Notes: a model not told the origin generated them from the letters alone. A DNA stretch of 63,283 bases, filler included, from Basidiobolus ranarum (GCA_040143965.1; 7 parts of 7 records of this genome joined end to end with filler, not necessarily neighbours in it); one strand, 5' to 3'. Shown: positions 51,929 to 63,283, counted from the whole stretch's first letter. Numbers and translations are program-made.

Positions 51929-52849
51929 ATGAAGTCCTACTCCATTTGCCTTATCTTCGTCTTATCTTTGGCTGCTTTTGGTGATGCTCAGAGTCAGTCC
52001 CCAAGTGGGACTTCCACAGCTACTACTACGCTCTCCTCTACCACCACTACGAATACATCAGCAACGTCCACTTCTACCACGGTCACCACTCAAGTTGATA
52101 CTGTAAGCCCTACCAGTGAAACCTCAGAGTCATCCAGTAGTGAGACATCTGGAGCCTCTAGTAGCGAAACCTCAGGACCGTCAAGTAGTGAAATCTCTAG
52201 TAGCGAAACCTCAGTACCGTCAAGTAGTGAAATCTCTAGTAGCGAAACTTCAGGACCGTCAAGTAGTGAGACATCTGGAGCCTCTAGTAGCGAAACCTCA
52301 GGACCGTCAAGTAGTGAAATCTCTAGTAGCGAAACCTCAGTATCGTCAAGTAGTGAGACATTAGGAGCTTCTAGTAGCGAAACTTCAGGACCATCAAGTA
52401 GTGAGACATCTGGAGCTTCTAGTAGCGAAACCTCAGGACCGTCAAGCAGCGAGATTTCTAGTAGCGAAACGTCAGAGTCATCAAGTAGCGAGACCTCTGA
52501 GGCTTATAGTAGTGAGACTTCAGGCGGTGAATCCACTCCTACAAAATGTCCTACTATTATGCCCACAAAGTGTTCTACCAAATCCACTCCTACAAAGTGC
52601 TCTACCAAACCAGTACCCACAAAGTGTTCTACTGAAACTGATCACAACGACGATGAGGATGACGACGATGGTGAGGATGGTGAGGATGATTGCTCAGATG
52701 AAGGAGAAGAGGATGAATGCGATCATGGTGAATACAAATGCAAAGGAGATAACTTTGTTCAATGCATCAAGGGTACTTGGAAAGAAAAATCCTGCTCCAA
52801 AGGTAGTAAATGCCAGAATACCGACAAAGTGGTCATTTGTCAATACTAA
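51929..52849 (+). CDS. Secreted Ser/Thr-rich repeat protein with C-terminal CBM19-like Cys module
   Basis: Signal peptide MKSYSICLIFVLSLAAFGDA, mucin-like stalk, PTKC repeats, acidic tract, CDHGEYKCKGDNFVQCIKGTWKEKSCSKGSKC. Confidence 0.8.
   Translation: MKSYSICLIFVLSLAAFGDAQSQSPSGTSTATTTLSSTTTTNTSATSTSTTVTTQVDTVSPTSETSESSSSETSGASSSETSGPSSSEISSSETSVPSSSEISSSETSGPSSSETSGASSSETSGPSSSEISSSETSVSSSSETLGASSSETSGPSSSETSGASSSETSGPSSSEISSSETSESSSSETSEAYSSETSGGESTPTKCPTIMPTKCSTKSTPTKCSTKPVPTKCSTETDHNDDEDDDDGEDGEDDCSDEGEEDECDHGEYKCKGDNFVQCIKGTWKEKSCSKGSKCQNTDKVVICQY
52116..52520 (+). repeat. Coding minisatellite of 24-bp (SSSETSG[AP]) and 15-bp (SSSEI) units
   Basis: Repeated TCTAGTAGCGAAACCTCAGGACCG / TCAAGTAGTGAGACATCTGGAGCC / TCAAGTAGTGAAATC units. 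Confidence 0.9.
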
Positions 52850-53156
52850 AAAATAAGCTAAAAATGATATCTATATATCTTTCTCGTTCTTATTTAAGAA
52901 TATTTATTGAATCCCTTTTTATATTGATAACTTAATATCTGCTGCCACTATATTTCGATTATACCAGCCACGATATCAGCAGTGATTACTACAACCTTGC
53001 CACTTATCCCTATCCCTATCCCCTAACCCTACTATGTGCTATGTATATGAATAAATATTAGTCGTAAATCTAAGAGCAACATTGAGTCAATATGACATAC
53101 TCTATAATTCATCAGTATATAAACAAACGACTACACAGAGACCTCCAACAGCCACC

Positions 53157-54050
53157 ATGAATTCACAATCCTGGTCACCTAATAATTACGCCACACATGC
53201 CAATTTCGTCCCAAATCTAACAACCGATGTTGTGAATTTACTTAATCCATCGCCAGATTGGACTCTACTTGACCTTGGCTGTGGGGACGGAGTGCTTACA
53301 AAAAAATTACAAAATCATTGCAAAAAGGTAGTTGGAGTTGATTCAAGTCCGGAAATGATCGAGGCTGCTAGGCAACTTGGCTGCAGAAATATAAGTGTTA
53401 TGGATGGACATATGCTTGGAGAAGATAAGTTTGAAGATAAATTTGACGCAGTATTCTCTAATGCAGGTAAACCCTCAATTGTTATGAATACCCATGGGCT
53501 TTTTCAACCACTAATATACCCACATAGCTTTACACTGGATGAAGAAAGATCCAGCTGCAGTAATCCGAGGAGTACATGATATCCTCAAGACTGACGGGAA
53601 GTTTGTAGGTGAAATGGGCGGTCACCTCAACTGTCATGGTTGGCATATTATATTTACGTTGTCTTTAACTATCCATTTACTAACCTGAATATTCACTTCC
53701 TCCCCTCAGAACTGCACTCTGCCTTAATAAATGCAGTTAATAAACGTGGAGGAAACGGCGTCGAACTATCACCTTGGTTTTTCCCTACTCTAGAAGAGTA
53801 TGCTCAACTACTACAAAGTAATGGATTCAGGGTTGAACGTATTGAACTTGTTCCACGAATCACTCCTCTCCCAACTGATGTTAGTGGCTGGGTTAAAACA
53901 TTTGGTGGGAGTTTCCTAAGTCCTTTCGATGAAGCAACCCAAGCGGAGATTGTTCAAGAAATCATGGACTTCTTGAGACCAGTATGTTACCGTAATAACG
54001 AATGGTCTGTGATGTATGTGAGACTCAGATTTGTGGCTGTCCGAGAATAA
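53157..54050 (+). CDS. Class I SAM-dependent methyltransferase (trans-aconitate MT-like), 3 exons
   Basis: WSPNNYATHANFV, LLDLGCGDGVLT, GVDSSPEMI, FDAVFSNA|ALHWMK, FVGEMGG, PWFFP, YVRLRF. Confidence 0.9.
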
Positions 54051-54246
54051 TATTGCATAGCTGGAATTAAGATGATTTATCTGAATGAACGAATTATGGG
54101 TTTTATAAGGTTTATTTACAATAAAATATGTTCGTCTCTCAGCTGCCTGTAAATATATAAGTGGTTAGAATAATCACGAATTATCAGATACAAATGTAAT
54201 GGAAAATATCGTATTTCAGTAGGAACAATTGGTATAAAGTTATAAA

Positions 54247-54346
54247 NNNNNNNNNNNNNNNNNNNNNNNNNNNNNNNNNNNNNNNNNNNNTTAATTAATT
54301 AANNNNNNNNNNNNNNNNNNNNNNNNNNNNNNNNNNNNNNNNNNNN
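54247..54346. other. Artificial contig linker
   Basis: N44-TTAATTAATTAA-N44. Confidence 0.98.
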
Positions 54347-54789
54347 CCACCAATATTGTGACAGTTCTCTGATGGTTTTGTTGTTCAGGTGGGTGGATCT
54401 GATCCAGATCAAATTGATTTTATTTTGTTAGGTTGATACAAACTCATATTGGATATGAGTTAAACCTTGGGTACGAAGAACTCTACAAAAATATTCAGGA
54501 GAATATATCAAAGAAACTAGGGATTTTGAAGGTGACTAATTAGTGTTCAAGTGGTAAATGTGTAAAATTTGAATTACATTTTTTGCACATGTGTTGAGCC
54601 ATAGTTCTCTGAGATTGTAGCCAATCATGTGCAACTATTTTGCAAGATCTTCAAATTTCACTCCTGAAACTGAAAAAATTGATTAAAATCAAATCTATCT
54701 TGACAAATTTATGATGTTAAGTAAATGATCAATCCAAAATGGATTAAAATTATGACAGTTTTCCTACAATAACATTCCTCAAATTTCTG

Positions 54790-56660
54790 TTAGAGGTAGT
54801 ACATCCTTAAAAGTATAAACTTTCTCTTCAGAAGTACTAGTTAAGTTAACTTGAACTGCTCCAATTCCAATTGCACCCAATGTATGGTGATCTCCTGTGA
54901 GAACCTTTCAAATTGGGATTTCTTCATAATTCACAGACCAACAATTTTCATTTGTGAAATAATGGGAGGCTCCTGTCACAATAAGGAACTGGACAAGGAC
55001 AGGAAACAATGACAAGAGGCTTGAAGGCAGGAGAGTACTTGCATGTATAAGACAAGGCAAGACAAGACTGGACAGGGAAGATACTTTGGAAACAATCTTC
55101 ATTGATAACTGGCATTAATCAGACTGAGATCTGATCAAAGAATACATGGAGCTTATATAGATAATGCAGGGTGAAACATAATATACTCAATAGGGAATAT
55201 ACTGTGGCAAGTTCAAGTTTTGGGGTATTGGGGACTACAAGGACCAATACAAAGAGGGATGATGTAAGGATGCTGTAAGGATGATCAGGTGACCTTCCAT
55301 GGAAGGTCTTGGCAGAAATATACTATATGTGGGATGACATGATTGGTTAGGTTTCTTATAATATTCCAAAGAACATGACTTCCATATAAGGTAACCTGGA
55401 TGAACTAATGCAAGATTGCCAAGAAAGGATGGCACAGCAGATATGATGTCATAATCTAATGATTGAAGAGTTCTATTTGCAGTGAATGAGTATGTCAAGA
55501 TCAGCATCATGGCAGCTCCAAAATTATATACCACATCTGTGAATCCTTGTTGGCAGTCATATATAGAGCTGATAGGAACAAGTGATCTCCTGTTGTAACT
55601 ACATTTCCAGATTCAGTATGTCTCACTTCTTCTGCAAGTCTTTTAAGGCAATCTTTGCTTCTATGACCAGTTCTTTTACAATAATGATAGAATGTGTTTC
55701 TTTTCTTCTTAAAATCCTTTGGAGCTTTAAAGAATGCTTTCCCACTGCCTATAAAAGCTCTTTCTTCATTCTTTTGATTGGATCCTAATTTGTCTAAATC
55801 TTCATCCAGGAGTCAGCCAAATGCACAATTTAAGGTCAGGTTTTCAGTTCTTTATTCAAGAGCCATTACTAAGGCTATTCCGGACTGTAACTATGAATTC
55901 CTGATCAACAGTGGGTACTCCAATGCATTCCATTTCATCCATGAAAATAGTAACTCTATTGATTAGTGATTTCATGTCTTCTCCTGGCTCCATATTTAAG
56001 TTAAGGAATTATCTACTTAGGCACATCCTTTTGGCAGCAGAACATATCTGGTAGGTGTAATCCAAGGCTTTCCATACCTTCTTGCCAGTTTTGACTCTTG
56101 AACATTGAAATTTCAATTTATCTCTAACATTGAGACAAATTATGTAAAAGGCACTTAGTTCTTTTTTAACCTGCAGTAAAACTTAGATTTCAGATAGTGT
56201 TATATTCTCCTACAACAGTGCCCCAAAGTCCTTTTTTTTCAGCAGGATTTTTATTCAATTTTCCAGACTTGATAATTGATTCCAACCAAATTCTCAGAAG
56301 AAGGAAAAGTACAGAAATCTGGAATTTACTACTGATCATCCAAAGCACTCACAATCCAAACATTTACCATTTCTGCTTCTTAAGAAATTTACAATTAGGA
56401 TTTCATATAATACTCTATTCTTGATAGTTGTTTCCATCCAATTTTTTGGCAAAAGAAAGTTCCAGATACCTGAGAAATAGACATTACAGATAGTGCAAGC
56501 ATCACAGAGAGTGCAAGATTGGAGCTCATAACCTGTTAAGGTATTTGGGAGTCTGTTGGAAGCTGTTTCCAGAAATTGAGAAGTTGGTGGCTCTGACTGA
56601 TTGCTTTATTGAGTTGAAAGTTGACATTGATTGTTTTGTTAAGATGTAAGCAAACTAATA
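54790..56660 (-). mobile_element. Degenerate Ty1/Copia element, family A: partial 5' LTR (56660-56534), PBS, gag, protease
   Basis: LTR end CTTAACA then GGTTATGAGCTC; gag LVGINYQVWK..KKGLWGTVVGE and KTGKKVWKALDYTY...LNMEPGEDMKSLINRV; protease WY.(D)(S)GASHYFT...VLTGDHHTLGAIGIGAV...FKDVL; stops and frameshifts. Confidence 0.88.
54974..55514. mobile_element. 541-bp solo LTR (Gypsy-like termini) nested in the Copia protease
   Basis: TGTCACAAT...ATCATGGCA termini; perfect TSD GCTCC at 54969-54973 and 55515-55519. Confidence 0.8.
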
Positions 56661-56664
56661 TATC

Positions 56665-57200
56665 ACTTTTATAGTTATATATAGCTTAGTATTTAGTTAT
56701 ACAATACTTCAATAGGTAACATCCATTACTTGCAATTAGAACTTATCAAGAGTATTTTTGCCTACTTAGATGCTCTCAGATATATAGATTGTTCAAACTT
56801 GTGCTAGAAGCCCCAAACTTTGCACACATGTTCCTAAGACCCTCTTTAATGCATTCTACATGTTTGTGTGCTTACATTAAAGTAAAACTATATGTATCAA
56901 CTTTCACCTCAATAAATCAATCAGTGAAAACCACAATTTCTCAATTTCTGGAAACAGCTTCCAACAGTCTCCCAACATACTTTAACAGGTTATGAGCCCC
57001 AAGCTGGCACTGTCTGTAATGCTTGCACTATCTGTAATGTCTATTTCTCAAGTATCTGGAACTTTCCCTTGTCTGAAAAACTGGATGGAAACAACTATCA
57101 AGTTTAGAATATTATATGAAATCCTAATTGTAATTTTCTTAAGAATCAATAATAATAAATGTTTGAATTGTGAGTGCTTTGGATGATCACAAGTAAATTC
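56665..57200 (+). mobile_element. Second Copia family A copy: LTR (to 56987), PBS and start of gag
   Basis: LTR ends TTTAACA, then GGTTATGAGCCC and about 200 bp homologous to the leader and gag start of the minus-strand copy. Confidence 0.85.
56988..56999 (+). other. Primer-binding site, half-tRNA-iMet type
   Basis: GGTTATGAGCCC directly after the LTR-terminal CA, as in Ty5/copia elements primed by the anticodon-stem region of initiator tRNA. Confidence 0.8.
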
Positions 57201-58337
57201 TGATACAATTGAAAGTTTGGGGAGAATTTGTCAAGTCAGGCATCAGCTAGATAAATAGTTCCTAGTACAGAGAGTGATAGAACTGCCATCTTGCTATATT
57301 CACAAACTAGTTACAAAAATACTAATAGTAATGTTTCCTTGCCAAAGCTACTGAATTTCATTAAATCAGCAAGTAAGTCTATTAGAAGCAGTCTCTTCGA
57401 ACTGGTAAATTATAGTGATGTAATCGCAGATTCAATATAATGGAGAGACATTGATTATGTTCTGAATGATATTAAATAGACCTACCAATCTTTTGCTAGT
57501 ATGGTTGGCAGCTGCTCGATAATACCCCGCGAATAGTAACAAATAAGATACAAGTTGAATGTAAGTGAGGCATATATGGTAGCCCCACTGTATCCGCAGC
57601 ACCTTAAATATATCGTAGTAGATGACGGAGTTTCCCCGTATTGGAGGTAAAGGTCATTGTCCTCCCTAGCTGGCATGTGCATACAGCTACTACACTTTGG
57701 CATCTTTTAGGTGGAAATCGATAATTCAGTAGTATGAAGAGAAGGCAAGACCCGTAGGGGGAGTACGACCTACTTCATTCTCATTATGGCGAAGTACAAT
57801 CTGTTTGAGCGTAGAATGTCTCACGAAAGCTCTAGCTAACGGTAGAAAATCAAAGAAACTATCTATGAGCACAGAGCTACATATGGGCTAAATAGATGCG
57901 ATTAGTTGCCTCTAGCTACAAAGAATATCAAATCCTTGTGATCATCAACCTGACGAAGTACATGATGGTTCTAAAATTGGATATGATCATACCGCAGTGA
58001 AACATTATTGGTGAAAATATCAAGCCTTAACTCCATCATCCCTCTATAATTACCGAGATCATTTCTTGTCTACCAGAATCGGTTATTTCTTTTTGCAGAT
58101 ATAACCATAGGCTAAAATGGCCATAAATCAAGATTCATCTTAGATCCACCCGGTTTCCCTTCCAAATCAAACCAAGCCAACTCATATTCTGCTATCTTTT
58201 GCAGTTTATTTAGGTTTTTCTAAAGCTCCTTAAGCTCTTAAGGATAACCGCTGTTTTCTTGTTCCTAAATACTATCCAAAGCGCATATTTCTCGCTTAAC
58301 CTTTATACTATTAGGACACTCTACTATTCTCTAAACA

Positions 58338-60941
58338 ATGAGCAATGAAACAATAGCCAATGGTGGTGTAGCAACATTCACTTCCTCTCCAAGTTCAATT
58401 ATGCAAGAGCAAGATGTTGCCTCAAGTAATTCTGGCTCCAATTCCATGGAGAGTAAAGAGGTATTTATCCGGACCCACCGTTCCCTTTATAGAGACAGAG
58501 GTAGCTCACCATTTCCTCTACTTTAGATTTCCCCAACTCAAGAACAACCAGGTGACTTTCGCCTTCGCTAAAATCCATTCTAGTATATCGTTTATTTATG
58601 ACTTTCCCTTGGTAGATCCTCAACAACTAAGAGAGAGTTTAAAGAAGCAAGTGGAATTTTATTTTACTAGAGAGAAGCTCGCTTCTGATGCCTTTTTAGG
58701 CAAGTATATCTAACTCCCCCTCTCCGAAGTGTTGTTAAATCTTAAAACTCATTATTGTCTTTAGTGTCACAAATGAACTCGGAGCTCTTTGTGCCAATAG
58801 CAATCATTGCTGACTTCAAGTTGATCAAAGCTATGACAACTGATATGAACACTCTCGTGGAGGCCCTTAAGGAATCCACTCAATTAACAGTGGACTCAAC
58901 TGGGACCAAAGTCAAACCCAATTTTACAGTACAAAGAAATACCATTGTATTAAGGGATATTCCACCGGATGTTCCTCAAGAGGTAGACTCGCTTCATTGA
59001 TAATATCACTATGCACGATGATTCCTAACTCGTATTGACATAACCATTCAATCAGGATATCAAAGGGATATTCTATGGTGACGAAAAACCAACCATTAAA
59101 AGTGCCAATCCAGATTTTGGAAACACTTGGTTTATTACATTTGAATCAGAAGAAGAGACCTTGAATATGCTCAACTTCATTCGTGGGAAAACATTCCAAG
59201 GAAAACCAATTGCTGGTCGGATAAAATCGGAAAATATCTTAAAAGGATTGCAAGTATCGTCTTTGTCACAGTCACTACCAAGCCAAACCTAATCATGATT
59301 CAATCGCTCCATATCTAGTTACAAGCCAGATACAAACCCTAATCCTTCTCAAGCCACGGCGGCTACCACCAATTATACTGATCTTCCGCAATATAGTTAC
59401 TATCCAAATACTCAATATCTAGGTTCGTCCGAGGATATAACTTCATATCGTCCTTACAAACATGGATACCAGCCAAAGCACCAATACACCAACGATAAAT
59501 ATTACCATCCAAATCCTCGTCATTACGAAAAATCTGAGCATCCCCTCAGATACCCGAACTCATATCGTGGCAAGAGAGAATACCGGAAAGGTGAAGAATA
59601 CAATCTCAGCATTTCAACTAAGATTAGTTCATTATTTACTCACCTCATGCTTTATTTGCCTCTGATCAAAAGCTAACAACCATGGAATACCCAGAACTGA
59701 ACAACAAGAGCAACATCAACTGCATCAGAACCATTCTTGGCATCATCAAAATCATCCAATTAATCATCATCGCCCCCACCCTCACCCTAAACAACACCAA
59801 CCCCAGCAACCTCAATTGAACCAGAAAAAAGTCACCAAAGATACACACGAACCATCTCAAGCTCCTCAACCAATCAACTCACACGACGCGCAATACAATC
59901 CTGACAAGCAGTCTACCTCACAACTCCAAGGGGAAGAGGCTGAGCAAGAACACAACAGACTTGATAAAAAGCTCAGCAAAAAGCCTCTCTCCAAATCACT
60001 TCACAACAACCATCAAGGTAAGCAAGAAAGAAAGAAGCCACAAGAAGTGAAAAAATCCCGACCGACTGAAAAGAGTATGTCTTACCTGCACCTCATTTCT
60101 ATCGGATATTTACTCATCCATTTCATTCCTAGTGGAAAGCAAACGCAAACCTGGATCCGATCAATTCCCCCCACTACCTTCCAAGTCTGGTAGTGCAACT
60201 CCAACTCAGCAAGGTTTGGACTGGACTGACATCGCAATACAGACTCGACTATGTGTTGACATTTCCCCTGCATTTTCCTTTAGACGTAAAACCGTATAAC
60301 TCACCAATAGCAATATCTGAAATCGTTAAGAGTCTCCGACCTGGGGATTTCAAGCTGGCAAACAAGAAGGCCGAGTCGGTAAAAGAAACCAGTAATGGAG
60401 AATCAGATACTGGGTATAGAATTGAATTTTCATAGTATATGGCCAAACCATAACTAATGGTGATTTCATATAGGTCTCAGATCACATCAGGAAAAGACAA
60501 AGAAGGCGGTAGTCCTAGGAAACAAGATTCGATTCAGAAGGAATCAAGAGGTGGTGGAAAGCAAGTCAAGACTCAAACTCCACAAAACCAGCCTAACTCG
60601 AACAAGTCGGAGACGAAACATTCAAATCACTCCGATGAAGATCGCCCACGACCAGAAAATGGTGAACAAATAAAGCTGGATGAGCTAAAAAATGAGGCTC
60701 CATCCTCCAGCTTTAGCTATGCTCAAGCTTTACGACAAAAGCAGCAGAAAAAAGAAGAAAGTAAAGCATTGTTAAGTGCCAAGGTAGTTGATGTATGTAT
60801 TTCGTTTTAACTAGTAATACTTCATAAATATCTAATGAGACCTTTGTCACTTGTGCCATATAGACTAAGGAAATCTCAGAAAAGCCCGTCCAAGAAACTA
60901 CCGGCTCAACTTTCGGATCAGCCGATTCGATTGACGACTGA
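58338..60941 (+). CDS. La-related RNA-binding protein, LARP4-like (La motif + RRM), multi-exon
   Basis: LKKQVEFYFTREKLASDAFLVSQM..FVPI La motif; RNTIVLRDIP...TWFITFESE...KTFQGKPIAGRIKSE RRM; downstream DQFPPLPS and SYAQ motifs. Confidence 0.85.
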
Positions 60942-61431
60942 TACTGTTTTCTCTTCGACACGTCATTTGGCAAGATAACTGTGTTCTCAATACCACTTTC
61001 GGAATAAATTATGGATTAGTCTCAACATTGCCACTCCTCTGTAATGCAACATTTTCGGAGTGTTCTATTGGAATGCTTCCACAAACATCTATATCTATGA
61101 TCTTCTAAATAAGTATGTTGTTTTCTACCTTTAATGAAAATAGATTGTGCTTGGATATTCAATGGAGCATAGATCAAATAAATATGAAGATGACGAAAAG
61201 ACTGAGTATATATAATAAGTAGACAGATATCCTTTTTGAAAGCCGGCCATCTTGAAAATTGTAAAGAGAAAGATGAGTGGATCCACTATGAGATTGATGT
61301 ATAAAATTTAAAAGTTGTCTCTGTTGCTTCTATATTTAGTGGGTTGAGTTCCTTGGCATCTATGTAGTTCAGGTGCGGAGATGCACCACAAGCCCTATTG
61401 ACTCTGTAATAAAGATAGGCCAGGTGAAATT

Positions 61432-62133
61432 TTAGGGCTCGTTTAATTCTCTCAAAAATACGGTATTCCTATCGTGATGACCTGGAGGTTTGAAATAATC
61501 TGTGGTAGCTAGCTTATCTTGAAAATTAGAAGAAGGGGAAAGTTTCCATTTACGAAAGATCCAGATTCCAATTCCAGCGATGAAAATGGAACCAAGTACG
61601 ATGGCAGTGGTAATTAATGGCTTTTTAGAATCGTTCGAATTGGAGTTTCCGCCACTGCCTGCGTAACTTGGTACATTATTAGTATTTAATTGAGTATCTG
61701 GTTGTCCCGCCATTATCTCTAGTGTTTCGGTCGCGATAATAGTACGGATCTTTCCTGCACTTGAAGCGGTCATAGTTAGAACACTAGTATGCTTTACTGG
61801 GGTTACTCTTGAGTTGCCTCCATTGCCACCAGTGTTGATAGGAGATTGGACACTCGTGGCATGTTCAGGTGCTTTACTTGTAGTGGGCAAGGGCTCGTCA
61901 ATGGTTGGTGTTGGCTGTGGTGCGGGGCTGGGAACAGTTTGGGGTATATCTGGTACTGGTGATGCTGTAGGCACAGGAGGGACTGTAGCTGATGGGAGTG
62001 GCTGAGAAATAGTAGGATTGGCAGGGATCAGGTTTGGAAGAGGGGCTAACTCTCGGCTGTCAAGATCAATGCCTAACGCTATAGTAAACTCCATGATGAG
62101 CATAAGTAGTGGATAGAACTGAAAATTTTTCAT
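61432..62133 (-). CDS. Type I single-pass membrane protein with Pro/Thr/Ser-rich ectodomain
   Basis: Intronless 233-aa ORF: signal peptide, low-complexity stalk, TM LITTAIVLGSIFIAGIGIWIF, cytosolic RKWKLSPSSNF tail. Confidence 0.8.
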   Translation of the reverse strand: MKNFQFYPLLMLIMEFTIALGIDLDSRELAPLPNLIPANPTISQPLPSATVPPVPTASPVPDIPQTVPSPAPQPTPTIDEPLPTTSKAPEHATSVQSPINTGGNGGNSRVTPVKHTSVLTMTASSAGKIRTIIATETLEIMAGQPDTQLNTNNVPSYAGSGGNSNSNDSKKPLITTAIVLGSIFIAGIGIWIFRKWKLSPSSNFQDKLATTDYFKPPGHHDRNTVFLRELNEP

Positions 62134-63283
62134 GGTATAAAAGAATTGGCAATGTCTGTTAACAAAAACAATGAGAGTAGGGCTCCAAGTAGCTATTGGA
62201 AGAATGAACGCAGAGATAGACTATCTGAGGAGTTAAATGGAAGTACGATTCATGAATGTGGGCTTGAATCAACTATATAACAAGTCAAACCGCAAAGTCA
62301 TGTATCAAGTATGTAAGTAAGGGAAGATAGTAGAAGGACAAATTATGCGAATATTGTAGAATGCAACAAATATGCAGTGCTGCATAATTATATCAACGAA
62401 ATTCTCCAATACGCCATCATGCAATAAAATCTCATTTTTGTTCCTTCTTTACGTAGCTGGGTGACCTGTTCTTTATGAAAGAGATCACATGACAAGCCAG
62501 AAGAGAAGATGCATTTTTCTCTGTAAAGGCGTTTTGAGGTGATCGATTCGCTTCATTCTGGCAGTTATGCTTTTGTGCAGTAAAACCATGATTTGGCACA
62601 GATGGTCTGTGCACCATGCAGGATTCGATGGCAAGCACCGCTAGCAAACAAATTTAGATCATTGCTAAGGGTTGCGTAGATGGTGATACAAATTGCAAGA
62701 ATCACACGCCTGAAAATGATGGAAATACATAATTACGGTTTGGCCAATCATTTATTTACACGGCTCATCACTCGATATCACATGAAAATGATCAACTCGT
62801 ATGCTAAGTAAGGGAATCACTGATGTACAGAGTTGATTTTTCATATGGTTTGAATATATTACTCTCAGACAAGGCTTATATTGTATACACATGTAAATAA
62901 GGTATAGTTCTTTCTCAATAAGGGATGTACGCATATTGAGTGGAAATTGTTATGGGGGTTGTCCGATAAAGGCAGTTCACGGGGATGACTATATAATTCA
63001 GAAGATCATGATAGACCAACGATAGGATTATCTTGAAAGCTAATCTCCCCTTCGCACTAGGACTTTCACTCAATAAACCCCCTCCCCGGAAAGCTCCTCT
63101 TAGAACAGTCTGCTATACATACAGGAAAAAATGGCAAATAAGAGCAAACACTCACAGAAGGTAGACAGCGAAGCCGTTTCAGTCTCTCAAGTTGATCCTT
63201 GGTCAGTACCCACCAGTCATCAATTCAAAGTAAATAAGCCACATCGTGTACGAGCCGGTTGAATAAAAAGAGATGGTATATAA

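Noticed and set aside
52116-52520. Regular repeats resembling a CRISPR-like array, and alternative-frame ORFs
   Set aside because: No unique spacers; in-frame coding minisatellite in a eukaryotic gene.
53157-54050. Methyltransferase as a possible recent bacterial transfer
   Set aside because: Has two spliceosomal introns and, to my knowledge, belongs to a family common in fungi; nothing here indicates recent transfer.
56789-57186. ORFs 56789-56995 and 56992-57186, the latter with a signal-peptide-like start
   Set aside because: Lie in LTR/PBS/leader of the Copia element; the ATG is part of the PBS.

Overview
Eukaryotic (fungal) genomic DNA, not one locus: seven contigs of decreasing length (8981, 8972, 8965, 8949, 8940, 8939, 8937 bp) joined by identical 100-bp N44-TTAATTAATTAA-N44 linkers. 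Short GT-AG introns and gene content point to an early-diverging fungus (Zoopagomycota/Mucoromycota-like; Basidiobolus would fit but is unverified). Recognisable genes: PEX16, PEX13, SYO1/HEATR3, guanine deaminase, a tandem-PAS protein, a secreted intronless CHAP-domain protein, SPT20, VMS1 (partial), EFR3, a class IV chitin synthase (partial, with an in-frame TAA), an HPP-family membrane protein, an LRR relic, mitochondrial ATPase inhibitor INH1, a class 2 DYRK kinase, a mucin-like CBM19-type protein, a SAM methyltransferase, a LARP4-like protein and a single-pass membrane protein. Intergenic DNA holds many copies of a ~350-bp Copia LTR family (solo LTRs with TSDs, fold-back pairs, half-tRNA-iMet-type PBS), a nested solo LTR, decayed RNase H-bearing LINEs and a near-perfect 60-bp hairpin. 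The best novelty candidate is the bacterial-type secreted CHAP cell-wall hydrolase. All calls are from motif recognition by eye; exon boundaries are predictions.
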